Shown here piece by piece: positions 29,678 to 39,178 of a stretch of DNA of 64,000 nt. The stretch spans positions 96,001-160,000 of the forward strand of contig JBGPQV010000001.1 in assembly GCA_041489255.1 (NCBI GenBank). Direction: 5' to 3'. The DNA is from Thermoplasmata archaeon. GTDB taxonomy: Archaea > Thermoplasmatota > Thermoplasmata > RBG-16-68-12 > JAFNFQ01. The notes under the pieces were generated by a model. The model searched no databases and was not told where the DNA came from. It saw only the letters and a program-made list of their open reading frames with translations. Within the stretch, counting starts at the first letter, position 1; each line of letters opens with the position of its first letter. The position numbers were made by a program, and so were the translations under genes.

Positions 29678-30814
29678 GAAGCCCCTCCGCCTCTCCGCGA
29701 CCTTCCTGTCCTTCTCCTTCTTGATGCGGCTCTCAAGCTGGTCAAGCAGGCCCTCGAGCGCCGCGAACAAGTCCCAGTCGAAATGCCTGGCGTAGATCAT
29801 CCCCGTGGTCGTCGCGAGGCGGCAGCGCAGCGACCATTTCGTCGTATCCCCATCCCCCTTGTAAGTGACGACGTGCACGCTGAATATCTTCGGCGTGACG
29901 ATGCCGGCTATCCTCTTCATCCCCTTATGGATTATGTCGTACATCTGTTCATAGACATCCGGCTGCTCCTCGAGTCCGGATATCTGGACGAGCAGTTCCT
30001 TCCGCTCCTTGAATCCCGCAACGACCTCGAGCACATCCGCTTTCGTGACGAGACCGACCGGCTCGCTGTTCTCGGTCACGACTATCGAGGAAATCTCGTT
30101 CTGGAGCATGAGTTTCAGGGCTTGGCCGAGCTTCGCTTGCGGGCCGAGAGTGACAGGCGGCGACCGCATCAGGCTGGAAATCCTTACCCTCGCGGCGTCC
30201 TTCTCACCGGTGAAATCGCCCCTCCTTTCCTTCTGCTTCGCAGATGCAAAGAAAGCGGTGAGATCTTTCAGCCCTATCACGCCGATCAAACGCCTCTCGT
30301 CGTCCACGACCGGCACGGAGCGTTCGTGGAGGGAAGCCATGATTCGCCTCGCTTCGGTGACATCCGCCTCCCCATTGACGCAGAGGGGGGAGGAGCTCAT
30401 AACGTCCTTGACCGGCACCGCATCGGCCTCCTCTGCCTGGGCCAGCGCGCGCGTTATGTCAGTCCTGGATATCAAGCCTACGAGGCGTTTCTTCTCCGTG
30501 ACAGGCAGAGCCCTCAGATTGGCGCCCATCATTTTCTCTGCGACCGACGGCAAATCATCCTCCGGGGACACCTGCGGCGCCGAGCTGAGCACGCGGTCGG
30601 CCTTCGTGGTCGGGGGCATGTCCCGCCGCCGGGCTATCTCTGCGAGCGTCACCAAGCCGAGGAACTCGTTCTTCAGCACAATCGGTATCTCGTGAACATC
30701 CCTGGCCTTCATCAGCCCGATGATCTTGGAAAGCGACTCATCGGGAGTCGCTGTCGCAAGGTCCGTCGACATGAACTCCCGGACCTTGAGGTCCATCATC
30801 TTCGACCGCTTCAT
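29672..30814 (-). CDS. four-CBS protein with a C-terminal HPF/RaiA-like domain (probable ribosome hibernation factor)
   Basis: Two CBS pairs, then a C-terminal domain ending WDLFAALEGLLDQLESRIKKEKDRK. Confidence 0.8.
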   Translation of the reverse strand: MKRSKMMDLKVREFMSTDLATATPDESLSKIIGLMKARDVHEIPIVLKNEFLGLVTLAEIARRRDMPPTTKADRVLSSAPQVSPEDDLPSVAEKMMGANLRALPVTEKKRLVGLISRTDITRALAQAEEADAVPVKDVMSSSPLCVNGEADVTEARRIMASLHERSVPVVDDERRLIGVIGLKDLTAFFASAKQKERRGDFTGEKDAARVRISSLMRSPPVTLGPQAKLGQALKLMLQNEISSIVVTENSEPVGLVTKADVLEVVAGFKERKELLVQISGLEEQPDVYEQMYDIIHKGMKRIAGIVTPKIFSVHVVTYKGDGDTTKWSLRCRLATTTGMIYARHFDWDLFAALEGLLDQLESRIKKEKDRKVAERRRGFS

Positions 30815-30888
30815 TTTCCGGCAACCTTGTGAAAGCCACAATCCGCGCTCCCATAATAACTTTATTCGCAATCGACCATGGCGGATTC

Positions 30889-31161
30889 GTGAAGGTCCGG
30901 GCGACTGCCATCTTCCGAGGGAGGGTCCAGGGCGTCTTCTTCAGGGCAAACTGCGAGATGGAGGCAGAGAGGCTGGGACTCTCCGGATACGTGAGGAATC
31001 TCGCCAACGGAGATGTAGAGGCAATCTTCGAAGGGGAGAGGGGCCTGGTGGAAGAAGCGATCGAATGGAACAAGACCTCTCAGCCCAACGCCGTCGTCAG
31101 GGATACGGAGATCGAATGGTCCGAGGCGACCGGCGAGTTCGAGGAGTTTGCGCGCCGATAG
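30889..31161 (+). CDS. acyP: acylphosphatase
   Basis: GRVQGVFFR and GYVRNLANGDVE. Confidence 0.95.
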   Translation: MKVRATAIFRGRVQGVFFRANCEMEAERLGLSGYVRNLANGDVEAIFEGERGLVEEAIEWNKTSQPNAVVRDTEIEWSEATGEFEEFARR

Positions 31162-31167
31162 CCGGGT

Positions 31168-32013
31168 TCATCCGGTCTCGATACCATAGATGCGCCGAGG
31201 CCACTCTTCGTGGACCTCCTGCGCCATCTCCTCTGTCATGATGCCGCTCTGCATCAGCGCTTTCGTCCTTTTTGGAACCGTGGCGGGACCGAGGACCGCT
31301 CCCGGCCTCTTGAGGTCGTCGATGTAGTCAGTCTCCATGAAGAACCTCCCGCCATTCTCGATTGCCTTCCTCACGGGTTCCTCCTTCGCGAGGATGCTTG
31401 GCATGATTCCGTGATTCTCCTCCGGCCGCACGAGTGGGGGCGAGAAATGCTTGACGACCTTCTCCCTCGGCAATCCTACGGAGTCAGCCATCTTCGCGAA
31501 CTCCTCGCATGTGGCGGGAGTCGCGCTCTCCGAGTGTATCACGACCGGACATCCGTTCTCCTTCGCCACCTCCATCCCGTGCAGGAGGATCCCGTTGCAC
31601 GCTTCGACGATGTCCCTGTCCGTCGGGAAATGGGGCCGCCCTATCTCCCCTATGGCGGTGACCTCGCCGTTTGAAACGAGCCGGCCAACGAGGTCCATCG
31701 CCTCATTCTGCACCGCCACGGCAATTTCCAGACCAAGCGTATCCTTGAGGCGAATGAGTTCGACCGGATACGGACCGACCGCCACGTACACCTTCAGCTT
31801 GGTTGCTCCCCGGACGACGTTCGCAAGGTCAAGGGTCCTTCTGAACGCCGTGTCATAGTCTCGAGCCGAAGTGAGGGGCATGTCGTGAGGCGGAATGTGA
31901 GTAAGCATCAGTGCGGTTCCGCCAGCCTTCTCGAACAGCTTTGCGGCCTCCACGCCCATTCCCGTCGGACTTAGATGCATGTGGTTATCGTAGATTCTCA
32001 TCTTTCCCGCCAT
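31168..32013 (-). CDS. TatD-related metal-dependent hydrolase
   Basis: DNHMH, AIGEIGRPHF, VIHSE and METDYIDD. Confidence 0.88.
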   Translation of the reverse strand: MAGKMRIYDNHMHLSPTGMGVEAAKLFEKAGGTALMLTHIPPHDMPLTSARDYDTAFRRTLDLANVVRGATKLKVYVAVGPYPVELIRLKDTLGLEIAVAVQNEAMDLVGRLVSNGEVTAIGEIGRPHFPTDRDIVEACNGILLHGMEVAKENGCPVVIHSESATPATCEEFAKMADSVGLPREKVVKHFSPPLVRPEENHGIMPSILAKEEPVRKAIENGGRFFMETDYIDDLKRPGAVLGPATVPKRTKALMQSGIMTEEMAQEVHEEWPRRIYGIETG

Positions 32014-32086
32014 GCTGATGCGGCATGAACCGACCAGAGATTGCCGCCGATCGATGCTGGATTAGTGCTGCGACGCTTGACCGCGT

Positions 32087-32635
32087 CTATCTCAGCAGCC
32101 CCGCCGCCTTGAGTTCCTGCGTGATCTTTTCGACCGCCTGCTCGACATCAGACGGCTTCTTCGCGCCGGTGCAGACCAGCTTGCCGCTGCCGAAGAGGAG
32201 GACGACGACCTTCGGCTCGTCAAGGCGGTAGACCAGGCCGGGGAACTGCTCGGGCTCGTACTCCACCTTCTCCAAGCCCAGGCTTATCGCGATCGCGTTG
32301 AGGTTGATCTCCGTTCCGAGGTCGCTCGACGCGACGATGTTCTGGACCGTGATGTCCGGGTGCTTCTTGATCTGGATTCCGGCAGCCTCGATCTGCTTGC
32401 CTACGGTCTCTATTGCGAGCTTGACAGCTTCCAGGCTCTTCGCCCCGGTGCAGACGACCTTCCCGCTCCTGAACAGGAGCGTGGCTGTCTTCGGTTCCTT
32501 AAGACGATATATGAGCCCCGGGAACTGCTCGGGCTCATACTCAGCACCGCCAAGGGCCAACGCTATCGCCTGCAGGTCAAGCTCCCCTCCGAGTGAGGTC
32601 GATGCCACGACATTTTCGATCTTTATCTTCGCCAA
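32087..32635 (-). CDS. tbp: TATA-box-binding protein
   Basis: Two repeats of NVVAS...YEPEQFPGLxYR...LLFxSGKxVCTGAK; TTG start after GGAGG. Confidence 0.98.
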   Translation of the reverse strand: MAKIKIENVVASTSLGGELDLQAIALALGGAEYEPEQFPGLIYRLKEPKTATLLFRSGKVVCTGAKSLEAVKLAIETVGKQIEAAGIQIKKHPDITVQNIVASSDLGTEINLNAIAISLGLEKVEYEPEQFPGLVYRLDEPKVVVLLFGSGKLVCTGAKKPSDVEQAVEKITQELKAAGLLR

Positions 32636-32812
32636 CGCTATTCCTCCATAGGGCTTGTGCACGGATGCGCTTTTTCCGCTCCCCGCCTGTGCGTCATTTA
32701 AATAGGTCTTTATAAACCTTCCTCTGGAAGAGAGGGGTCTCGGCCTTCACTAATCCACGCGCTGGCACTGCCCTGACGGCTCCGTGGAAGCCTTCACAGC
32801 GGCTGGAAATCG

Positions 32813-32855
32813 AAGAAATGAAAATGAAAAGGTGGAGAAGGTTGGCACCTTCTCC
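32813..32855 (-). terminator. hairpin plus U-rich terminator of the 1.5k-aa surface protein gene
   Basis: GGAGAAGGT-TGGC-ACCTTCTCC stem, followed on the minus strand by TTTTCATTTTCATTTCTT. Confidence 0.6.
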
Positions 32856-32873
32856 TTCAGCTGTTTTCCATGC

Positions 32874-35800
32874 TCAGAGATCTATCCGCACGATCTCGAC
32901 GTCCATTCCTGGCCACAGGTACGGAGACGAGTACGGGTTGCCGTTATCATCGTCCGCGACTATGAGCGTGACGTACAGGAAATAGGGCATCTGGCTCTCG
33001 TCGAACGTGTGGGTGGCCGTGTCGTGCGCAGTGATTGGGTCGTATTCTGGACTTCTGACGGAATTGTCTGCGAAGATAAACTTCGGCTCCTTGAAGGGCA
33101 GCAGGTTGAAATCGTCGCTGGTTGCGCTGGTGTAGAAGATGCCCGGGTGCGCGTAGATGTGCAGGTTGTACGGAGTCAAGTCGCTCCACGCCCAAGCGAA
33201 GACGAGGTCGTCACTGCCTGGGTCTGTCGCCACGGCCTCGAATGTCAGCGGGCTGCCTATTGCGAGGCGCTTGAACTCCTTGTTGCCGATTGTAGCCACA
33301 CTCGGACCGTCATTGCTGTCGAATGTGCGCCTGAGCTCCTTCATCTTGCCGCCGGGCCAAGTCGATTCGAAGATCCAAGTGGGGTTGGCCCCGTTGTCTC
33401 CTGTCGGGTCGTAGGCGATTGTGAGGGTGTACTTGGTGTTTGGCGTCATGTCTATCCTCAAGGTCGGCAAGCAACCGACGGCTGGCTTCCCAGGTTCTCT
33501 AGTGGTCGTGACCGTGGAATAGCTGCCGTCCGTGCCCATCACGGCTAGCGTAGCTTCATTGCCTTTGTTGCCAGACATCCTGAGGCACAGTTCGGCATTG
33601 GCGTACGCTGCAGCGCTTTGGATTGTCGGATCGACGTTATTCACCGTGACTGGTATGTAGCGGTGGGACAGGGTCTGTGTATATGTCGGATCGGCAACTG
33701 GTACGTTGCCGACTGAGTCCCATGTCCAGCCCATGTCGTCGTCGATGACCGTCACATCGACCGTGTAGAGACCGTTGTCGCCCCAAACGTGCGTCACTGC
33801 CGGGATCTCAGCAGACGGAATTCCGCCGATGACCCAGCCGATGCAGTTGCGCAGCAGTTTCGAAGCGTCAGCCCCTCCGTATGCGGCGGTGTAGGCGTTG
33901 ATCGCGCATGACCTCTTGTTGCCATCCTTCTCGTTGACACCGACCGCTGCACCGCCGTCGTTCCAACTGGCTAGTCTCAGACCACCTGCCGTCGTTGGCA
34001 GGTTGCCGGAGTGGATGGTGCCAGACGTCACGGCTGTGACGCCTTTCACCACTGGGTGCGCCGGATAGTGTATCGTGCCGAGTGCAGCGTTGGCGAACGG
34101 GTAGACCGCTTTCTCGAACGGACCGTAGTCTTGATCCATGTACCGACCGGTCAAGCTGAACAGCTCACCGTAGGTCGAGGACAAGTCGTATGTGGCCATG
34201 AAGGTCACAACGCCTCCCCCATGCGCGTCAAGATAGTCTGCCAGCCTATTGCCGACCAAGAGCTTGGCCGCTTCGAACGCCGGAGAACCAGACGATGCCC
34301 ACTCGCCGCCATATAGAATGACGTCGAATTGCAGCATGTAGGCAAGGGTCGGTGCCGACAGAGCCTCGAACCAGTTGTATCCGGTCACGGAGCCGACGAG
34401 GTCCATGCTCAGCAGCATATTGGCGATTATCGTGTATGACGCGCAGGTGTTGCCTGTCGTGCAGGCGTGGTGGATGAATAGTATGTCCTGCTTCGGCGGC
34501 GATAGCGTCCCCTTGTAGACCCATTCAGCCGGAGTGCCATCGTCGAAATCCAGCTTGTAGGCGAACCATTCGGTCTGCGCCATCAATGCTGGGTCGGAAA
34601 TTTCCCACCCGCTGAAAAGGACGCTTTGAGATTCGTCCCTCACGACCGATGTCGGACCGCCGATTATGGCTGGTGGCACATTCTGAACGAGGATTGTGCC
34701 GGCGACCTCACCCAGACCGGTATCGATGAACCTCAGGCTTCTGAGGGTGACTTTCACATCATCGATTCCCCAGTACCAATCGTTGTTGTTGTAGAACCGG
34801 AATCGCAGTTTCATGGTGCTGGTGAGCGGATAGCCCATCAGGGAGAGCTCGTAATACTTGTCTTCAGTCGCCGGGTTCAAGTGATGGAATTCTGCGAGTA
34901 TGTACGGATATGTCGCTCCGTCGTCGCTGCTGAGTTCTATGAAGCCGTCTTGCGTTCCTCCCGCGTAGTTCGCCACCCAATAATTCCTCCACCGGATAGA
35001 GGCGTTGTTGTACGAAACGCCGGTCATGGAGAATGTCGGGCTGTATAGGTAGCTCCATGTCCCGTAGGTCGAATAGGAGTAGCTGTTGTATGCACCAAGG
35101 CTGGTCCAGACTGTGATGGTCTGGCACCTCCAGCCCGTGGTCCCAGTTGGCGCCTTCGTCCAACCTCCCGGGAATTGAGTGATTGTGCATGTCCCTTTCT
35201 GGAAGTCCTGGAAGAGTGCGTCGGTGGATATGCCCTCAGAACCTTGATAGTCGTCGTCCTTCACTTGCACTTTGACAGACATGTAGTCCTGAGGCGAGGT
35301 CGTCATCGGGTCGTCATCCTTGAAGGTCAGCTGGTTCCAGGGTAGCGATATCGGCATCGACAATGGCACCGGGTCAGGCTGCCTGGAGACCCACCTGATG
35401 GCGTTCGCGACCATCCTGATGCAATCGCCATTGCACGTGCCATCTGCAGAGGTCCATGACCTCCATGGCATGGCGACCGCGCGCGCTCCATTTGACACCT
35501 TCGGGTTCTCTTTGGCGGCGACCATCACGGCTCCGTCGGTCCAGTCGGCGATCCTCGTCGCTCCAGGGTTCGTGTTGAACATCTGCGAGTGCGGGTACGC
35601 CGAGACTGAGGTGACGCCGTCCAATATCGGGTGGCCGGGTACGTAGATCGTGCCTATGTTCTTGTAAAGCCACTGGCTTACACCGTATGGCACTGGGCTG
35701 TACTGATCGGTGAAGTATCTTCCAAGAATCTGCCATGCCCCCGGATTGTACGGGCCTCTGCCGTTCACTATGACTCCGCCGGACCCTTGGCTGCCTTTGG

Positions 35801-37349
35801 CATCCATGTAGTCAGCTAGCAGGTCGCCTGTTCCGGCAGGTGTCGTGCCGCTGTATGTGTCGACCCAGACGACGTCGTACGCCATCAGCTGGGACAGAGT
35901 CATTGGCGTCGTCCCGAAGTTGTAGGAGTCAACCTTGATGCAGAAAGCACCGCACTGGGCTATGATGCCAGCCCTGAATGCGTTGATATAGGTGTCCACG
36001 CCCGTGGCGGTGTGGTACAGGAGTACATTGGCTCCGCCAGAGTACTTCTTGACCGGATTCCATGCAGTGTAGGTTCCGTCGGGCAGTTGCCAGCGGTACT
36101 GCCATGTGTCGTCCGAGCCCGGATCGTCAAACGTCGCAGACACCATCACAGGGCTGCCCTCGAGTCCCGGAGTCGGGTTCTGAACGATGTCATAAGTCTG
36201 CGGCGAGACATTGTTTACATCGACGAACGCGATGTCGCCGTAGGTCAACTCCTTCATTGTCGTTTGCCGCCACTCGAAGTCGATCATGGGCTCGTAAGTT
36301 GTCCCGCTGTTGTAGAGCACATTGGGGAATCTCTGAGGCGTCCCCGTAGCGTAGTACATCCCCATGAAGGAGACCTTCTCGAAAGAAACCGCCAAGTTAT
36401 TGTACGCATTCCAATAGCCGGTCGCACTCGCATCACTGTTCTTGTGACCCGATACCATGTATTCCTTGCCGCCAATCAAAGAAACGGCGGCAGGCAGGGT
36501 GCACCAGTACCAAGCGTATTGAGTCGGCATCGACGAGGGCGTGCATGTGCCGAGCTGTGTCTGCGTGGCATAATCCCAGATTCTTAGAGACCAAGGCGTC
36601 GTGAATGCATAGATGTAATAGAAGAAGCCGAGTCTGGTGGCGTCCATGTCCTGCTTTGCCAAGAACCTCCAGCCTATGTTCCCATATGCGAATCCGTAGG
36701 TGTAGGCCCCAGATTCGCCCCATGTGTTGCCATAGATGGTGACGGGTATTTTCGATATCCCGTCCCAGCCCTCGGCCCGGACGTTCGCGTAGTAGTTGTC
36801 GTTGTAAGTTTTGTCATAAGTCATCTGGGTCAACCAAGGCGTGTCCGCGATTCCATCATTGTTCCAGTCCCAGCGGAAGAAAATCAGGGTCGGGTCATCG
36901 GTCGTGATCTCGAAATGGATCGTGCAACTGCCCTCGAAGCATGTCGGCCCACCATAGGGACCGCCAGCATCGATGCCTGGACTGCGCGTCCCCGTGTCAT
37001 CGGTCTGCACGACTCGCGCCTTTATGCCGTTGCCGATATTTCCCGTGGATCCTTGTCCGTTTTGCCCTTCCACCAGAACATCGCGACCTTCGGCTTCCTG
37101 TTCATCGTACGGCTGATTGTCAGTAGTTGCCAATGGCAGGTTGTCTTCCTGCACTGCATTCGTGTCCAGAACCCCGAGGGTTGAAACCGTGGTTGTCTGA
37201 TCGGTTCTTGTTCCCGAGTCTCCTGCGGGGCCGCTCACTGCTGGCGTGGCATCCTTGTTTGAAACAAAGGATGTGACGCTCAGCCCCGAGCTGACCATCG
37301 CTATGACAATCAGCACGGAAAACGCCAATCGCACCCTCGCTGTTCTCAT
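32874..37349 (-). CDS. large secreted PKD-domain surface protein
   Basis: Signal peptide MRTARVRLAFSVLIVIAMV; PKD-like units (DDPGSDD, HVWGDNG); two internal alpha/beta repeats (GxxLADYxDA, YSP/YGPF, HPIL/VVxGVT); jelly-roll-like segments. Confidence 0.85.
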   Translation of the reverse strand: MRTARVRLAFSVLIVIAMVSSGLSVTSFVSNKDATPAVSGPAGDSGTRTDQTTTVSTLGVLDTNAVQEDNLPLATTDNQPYDEQEAEGRDVLVEGQNGQGSTGNIGNGIKARVVQTDDTGTRSPGIDAGGPYGGPTCFEGSCTIHFEITTDDPTLIFFRWDWNNDGIADTPWLTQMTYDKTYNDNYYANVRAEGWDGISKIPVTIYGNTWGESGAYTYGFAYGNIGWRFLAKQDMDATRLGFFYYIYAFTTPWSLRIWDYATQTQLGTCTPSSMPTQYAWYWCTLPAAVSLIGGKEYMVSGHKNSDASATGYWNAYNNLAVSFEKVSFMGMYYATGTPQRFPNVLYNSGTTYEPMIDFEWRQTTMKELTYGDIAFVDVNNVSPQTYDIVQNPTPGLEGSPVMVSATFDDPGSDDTWQYRWQLPDGTYTAWNPVKKYSGGANVLLYHTATGVDTYINAFRAGIIAQCGAFCIKVDSYNFGTTPMTLSQLMAYDVVWVDTYSGTTPAGTGDLLADYMDAKGSQGSGGVIVNGRGPYNPGAWQILGRYFTDQYSPVPYGVSQWLYKNIGTIYVPGHPILDGVTSVSAYPHSQMFNTNPGATRIADWTDGAVMVAAKENPKVSNGARAVAMPWRSWTSADGTCNGDCIRMVANAIRWVSRQPDPVPLSMPISLPWNQLTFKDDDPMTTSPQDYMSVKVQVKDDDYQGSEGISTDALFQDFQKGTCTITQFPGGWTKAPTGTTGWRCQTITVWTSLGAYNSYSYSTYGTWSYLYSPTFSMTGVSYNNASIRWRNYWVANYAGGTQDGFIELSSDDGATYPYILAEFHHLNPATEDKYYELSLMGYPLTSTMKLRFRFYNNNDWYWGIDDVKVTLRSLRFIDTGLGEVAGTILVQNVPPAIIGGPTSVVRDESQSVLFSGWEISDPALMAQTEWFAYKLDFDDGTPAEWVYKGTLSPPKQDILFIHHACTTGNTCASYTIIANMLLSMDLVGSVTGYNWFEALSAPTLAYMLQFDVILYGGEWASSGSPAFEAAKLLVGNRLADYLDAHGGGVVTFMATYDLSSTYGELFSLTGRYMDQDYGPFEKAVYPFANAALGTIHYPAHPVVKGVTAVTSGTIHSGNLPTTAGGLRLASWNDGGAAVGVNEKDGNKRSCAINAYTAAYGGADASKLLRNCIGWVIGGIPSAEIPAVTHVWGDNGLYTVDVTVIDDDMGWTWDSVGNVPVADPTYTQTLSHRYIPVTVNNVDPTIQSAAAYANAELCLRMSGNKGNEATLAVMGTDGSYSTVTTTREPGKPAVGCLPTLRIDMTPNTKYTLTIAYDPTGDNGANPTWIFESTWPGGKMKELRRTFDSNDGPSVATIGNKEFKRLAIGSPLTFEAVATDPGSDDLVFAWAWSDLTPYNLHIYAHPGIFYTSATSDDFNLLPFKEPKFIFADNSVRSPEYDPITAHDTATHTFDESQMPYFLYVTLIVADDDNGNPYSSPYLWPGMDVEIVRIDL

Positions 37350-37731
37350 TTCATTCTCCCTCCCCGAATCCGGTGGTTGAGAGGTCCGAAGAGAGCCAGA
37401 AAACGATAGCATGCGCCCTCCCTTCGAAGCGCGAAGAGCACGAACCCATGCACTCTGACCACCCCATTCCCCTTCCTCCGTACTTGGAGGATTCAGAGGA
37501 CCGTCACATCAAGAGAGCAACGCGGACGGTGACTTCCAAGTTCCGCTTCTCCACCCCCTGCGTTTCCCCTTCTGCGATAGACCCTCATCCAGCAATATTG
37601 GACGCTGGATACTTAATGCTGTCGCAGCCAGACAGTCAAAAACCGGTCGCCTTGGAAAACTCGGGCCCACTTCCGCCATCGGGATTTCGGATCGTGTGAA
37701 CGCTTAAAGAGGGAGCCGCCATGCGCCGCTC

Positions 37732-38580
37732 ATGCGACCGCTGATTGTGACCCACTGCGGTTCCGGATCCGACAAGAAGATGCAGGACGTGGCGGAGAAA
37801 TCGGCAGAAGCCGGTATGAAGATCCTTCGACGCGGTGGTTCAGCTCTCGCCGCGGTTGAGGAGGCCATCGTGGTCCTCGAGGACGACCCGCGGACTAATA
37901 CCGGCATCGGCGCGAGGCGCCGGGTCGATGGCACTGTTCAGATGGACGCGGCGCTGATGGATTCCCAAATGAACATCGGAGCCGTGGCGGCGATAATGAA
38001 CGTCCGCAACCCCATACGAGTCGCAAGGCTTGTCATGAAATCTCCCCATGTCCTCCTGGCGGGGGATGGAGCCATCCTCTTCGCCCGCCAGCACGGCGTC
38101 CCTTTCTTCGATCCCTCCAACAAGGAATCCGAGGAGAAGTGGCGGGACGCTCTCGCCAAGATTGAATCGGGCGACGTGCCCGAATGGGCGGCGAAGTGGC
38201 GGGCGTTCAGATTCAGGGATACGGTCGGCGCTGTTGCCCTGGACAAGAATGGTGGCTGCGCGGCTGGCAGTTCCACCGGTGGACATCCCTTCATGCTGCC
38301 CGGAAGGGTCGGAGACTCTCCGATAGTCGGTGCGGGCCTGTATGCCGGACCTCGCGGCGCCGTCACCGCCACGGGAGTTGGAGAGGAGATAATCCGCGTC
38401 GTCCTCAGCAAGACCGTTTACGACCACATCGGATTAAAGCACACCGCAATGGACGCCTGCATCTCGGGCATCAAGCTCTTCCCGGACACCGTCCCCGTCG
38501 GCGTCATCGCTGTCGACCGCAGAGGCTGGGGCGAGTGCTGCAATAGGGACATGGCCTGGGCAGCGCTCCCCCGCCGTTGA
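37732..38580 (+). CDS. iaaA: isoaspartyl peptidase / L-asparaginase (Ntn hydrolase)
   Basis: DTVGAVALD, STGG, GRVGDSPIVGAG and TGVGEEI. Confidence 0.93.
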   Translation: MRPLIVTHCGSGSDKKMQDVAEKSAEAGMKILRRGGSALAAVEEAIVVLEDDPRTNTGIGARRRVDGTVQMDAALMDSQMNIGAVAAIMNVRNPIRVARLVMKSPHVLLAGDGAILFARQHGVPFFDPSNKESEEKWRDALAKIESGDVPEWAAKWRAFRFRDTVGAVALDKNGGCAAGSSTGGHPFMLPGRVGDSPIVGAGLYAGPRGAVTATGVGEEIIRVVLSKTVYDHIGLKHTAMDACISGIKLFPDTVPVGVIAVDRRGWGECCNRDMAWAALPRR

Positions 38581-38652
38581 GCCCATGATGACCGATTCCT
38601 TTATGGCGGTGCATGTATTCATGAAGCACGCAGAGTAACAAGCAGAGTTGGG

Positions 38653-38967
38653 ATGATGCAGACCAAGAGAAACTCCCTCACGAGCAAGATCGAGGCAGAA
38701 GTAAAATTGTTGGAAAGGCATGTCGCGATGCTGAAGGCGATCATCGAGAATCAGCCGATAGGCATCATCCGCCTTTCGGAACTCTTGGGCGTGCCCCAGC
38801 ACAAGGTCCGCTATTCCCTCAGGATACTGGAGCAGGAAGGTTTGATCAAGCCTTCGCCTGACGGCGCCGTCACGGCGGAGAAGCTGCAGGAATTCCTCGA
38901 TTACCTCAAGACCGTGCTCGACACGATGACGACGACGGTGCAGCAGCTCCGCCAGAGCCTCGGGTAA
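38653..38967 (+). CDS. winged-helix transcriptional regulator (COG3388-like)
   Basis: LLERH...QPIGIIRLSELLGVPQHKVRYSLRILEQEGLIKPS. Confidence 0.85.
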   Translation: MMQTKRNSLTSKIEAEVKLLERHVAMLKAIIENQPIGIIRLSELLGVPQHKVRYSLRILEQEGLIKPSPDGAVTAEKLQEFLDYLKTVLDTMTTTVQQLRQSLG

Positions 38968-39000
38968 GGTTTTATTAGCCCCCCCGCATAGCGCACTGGA

Positions 39001-39101
39001 GCCGTCGTAGCTCAGTCTGGTAGAGCCCCCGGCTGTTAGTCCGTCTCGTCGGAGATGGAGCAGGCACCGGGTGGTCTGCGGTTCGAATCCGCACGACGGC
39101 G
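39001..39101 (+). tRNA. tRNA-Asn(GUU) with a 27-nt intron (39039-39065) at position 37/38
   Basis: Cloverleaf with GCCGTCG/CGACGGC acceptor stem; GTT at 39035-39037; perfect bulge-helix-bulge; TTTATT box upstream. Confidence 0.95.
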
Positions 39102-39178
39102 CTTTCTTCACGATGATCAAGGGAAGGGCGATGATTGAATAGATGGTTGGATGCAGTGCTTGTTCCGCCACCGAGGGA

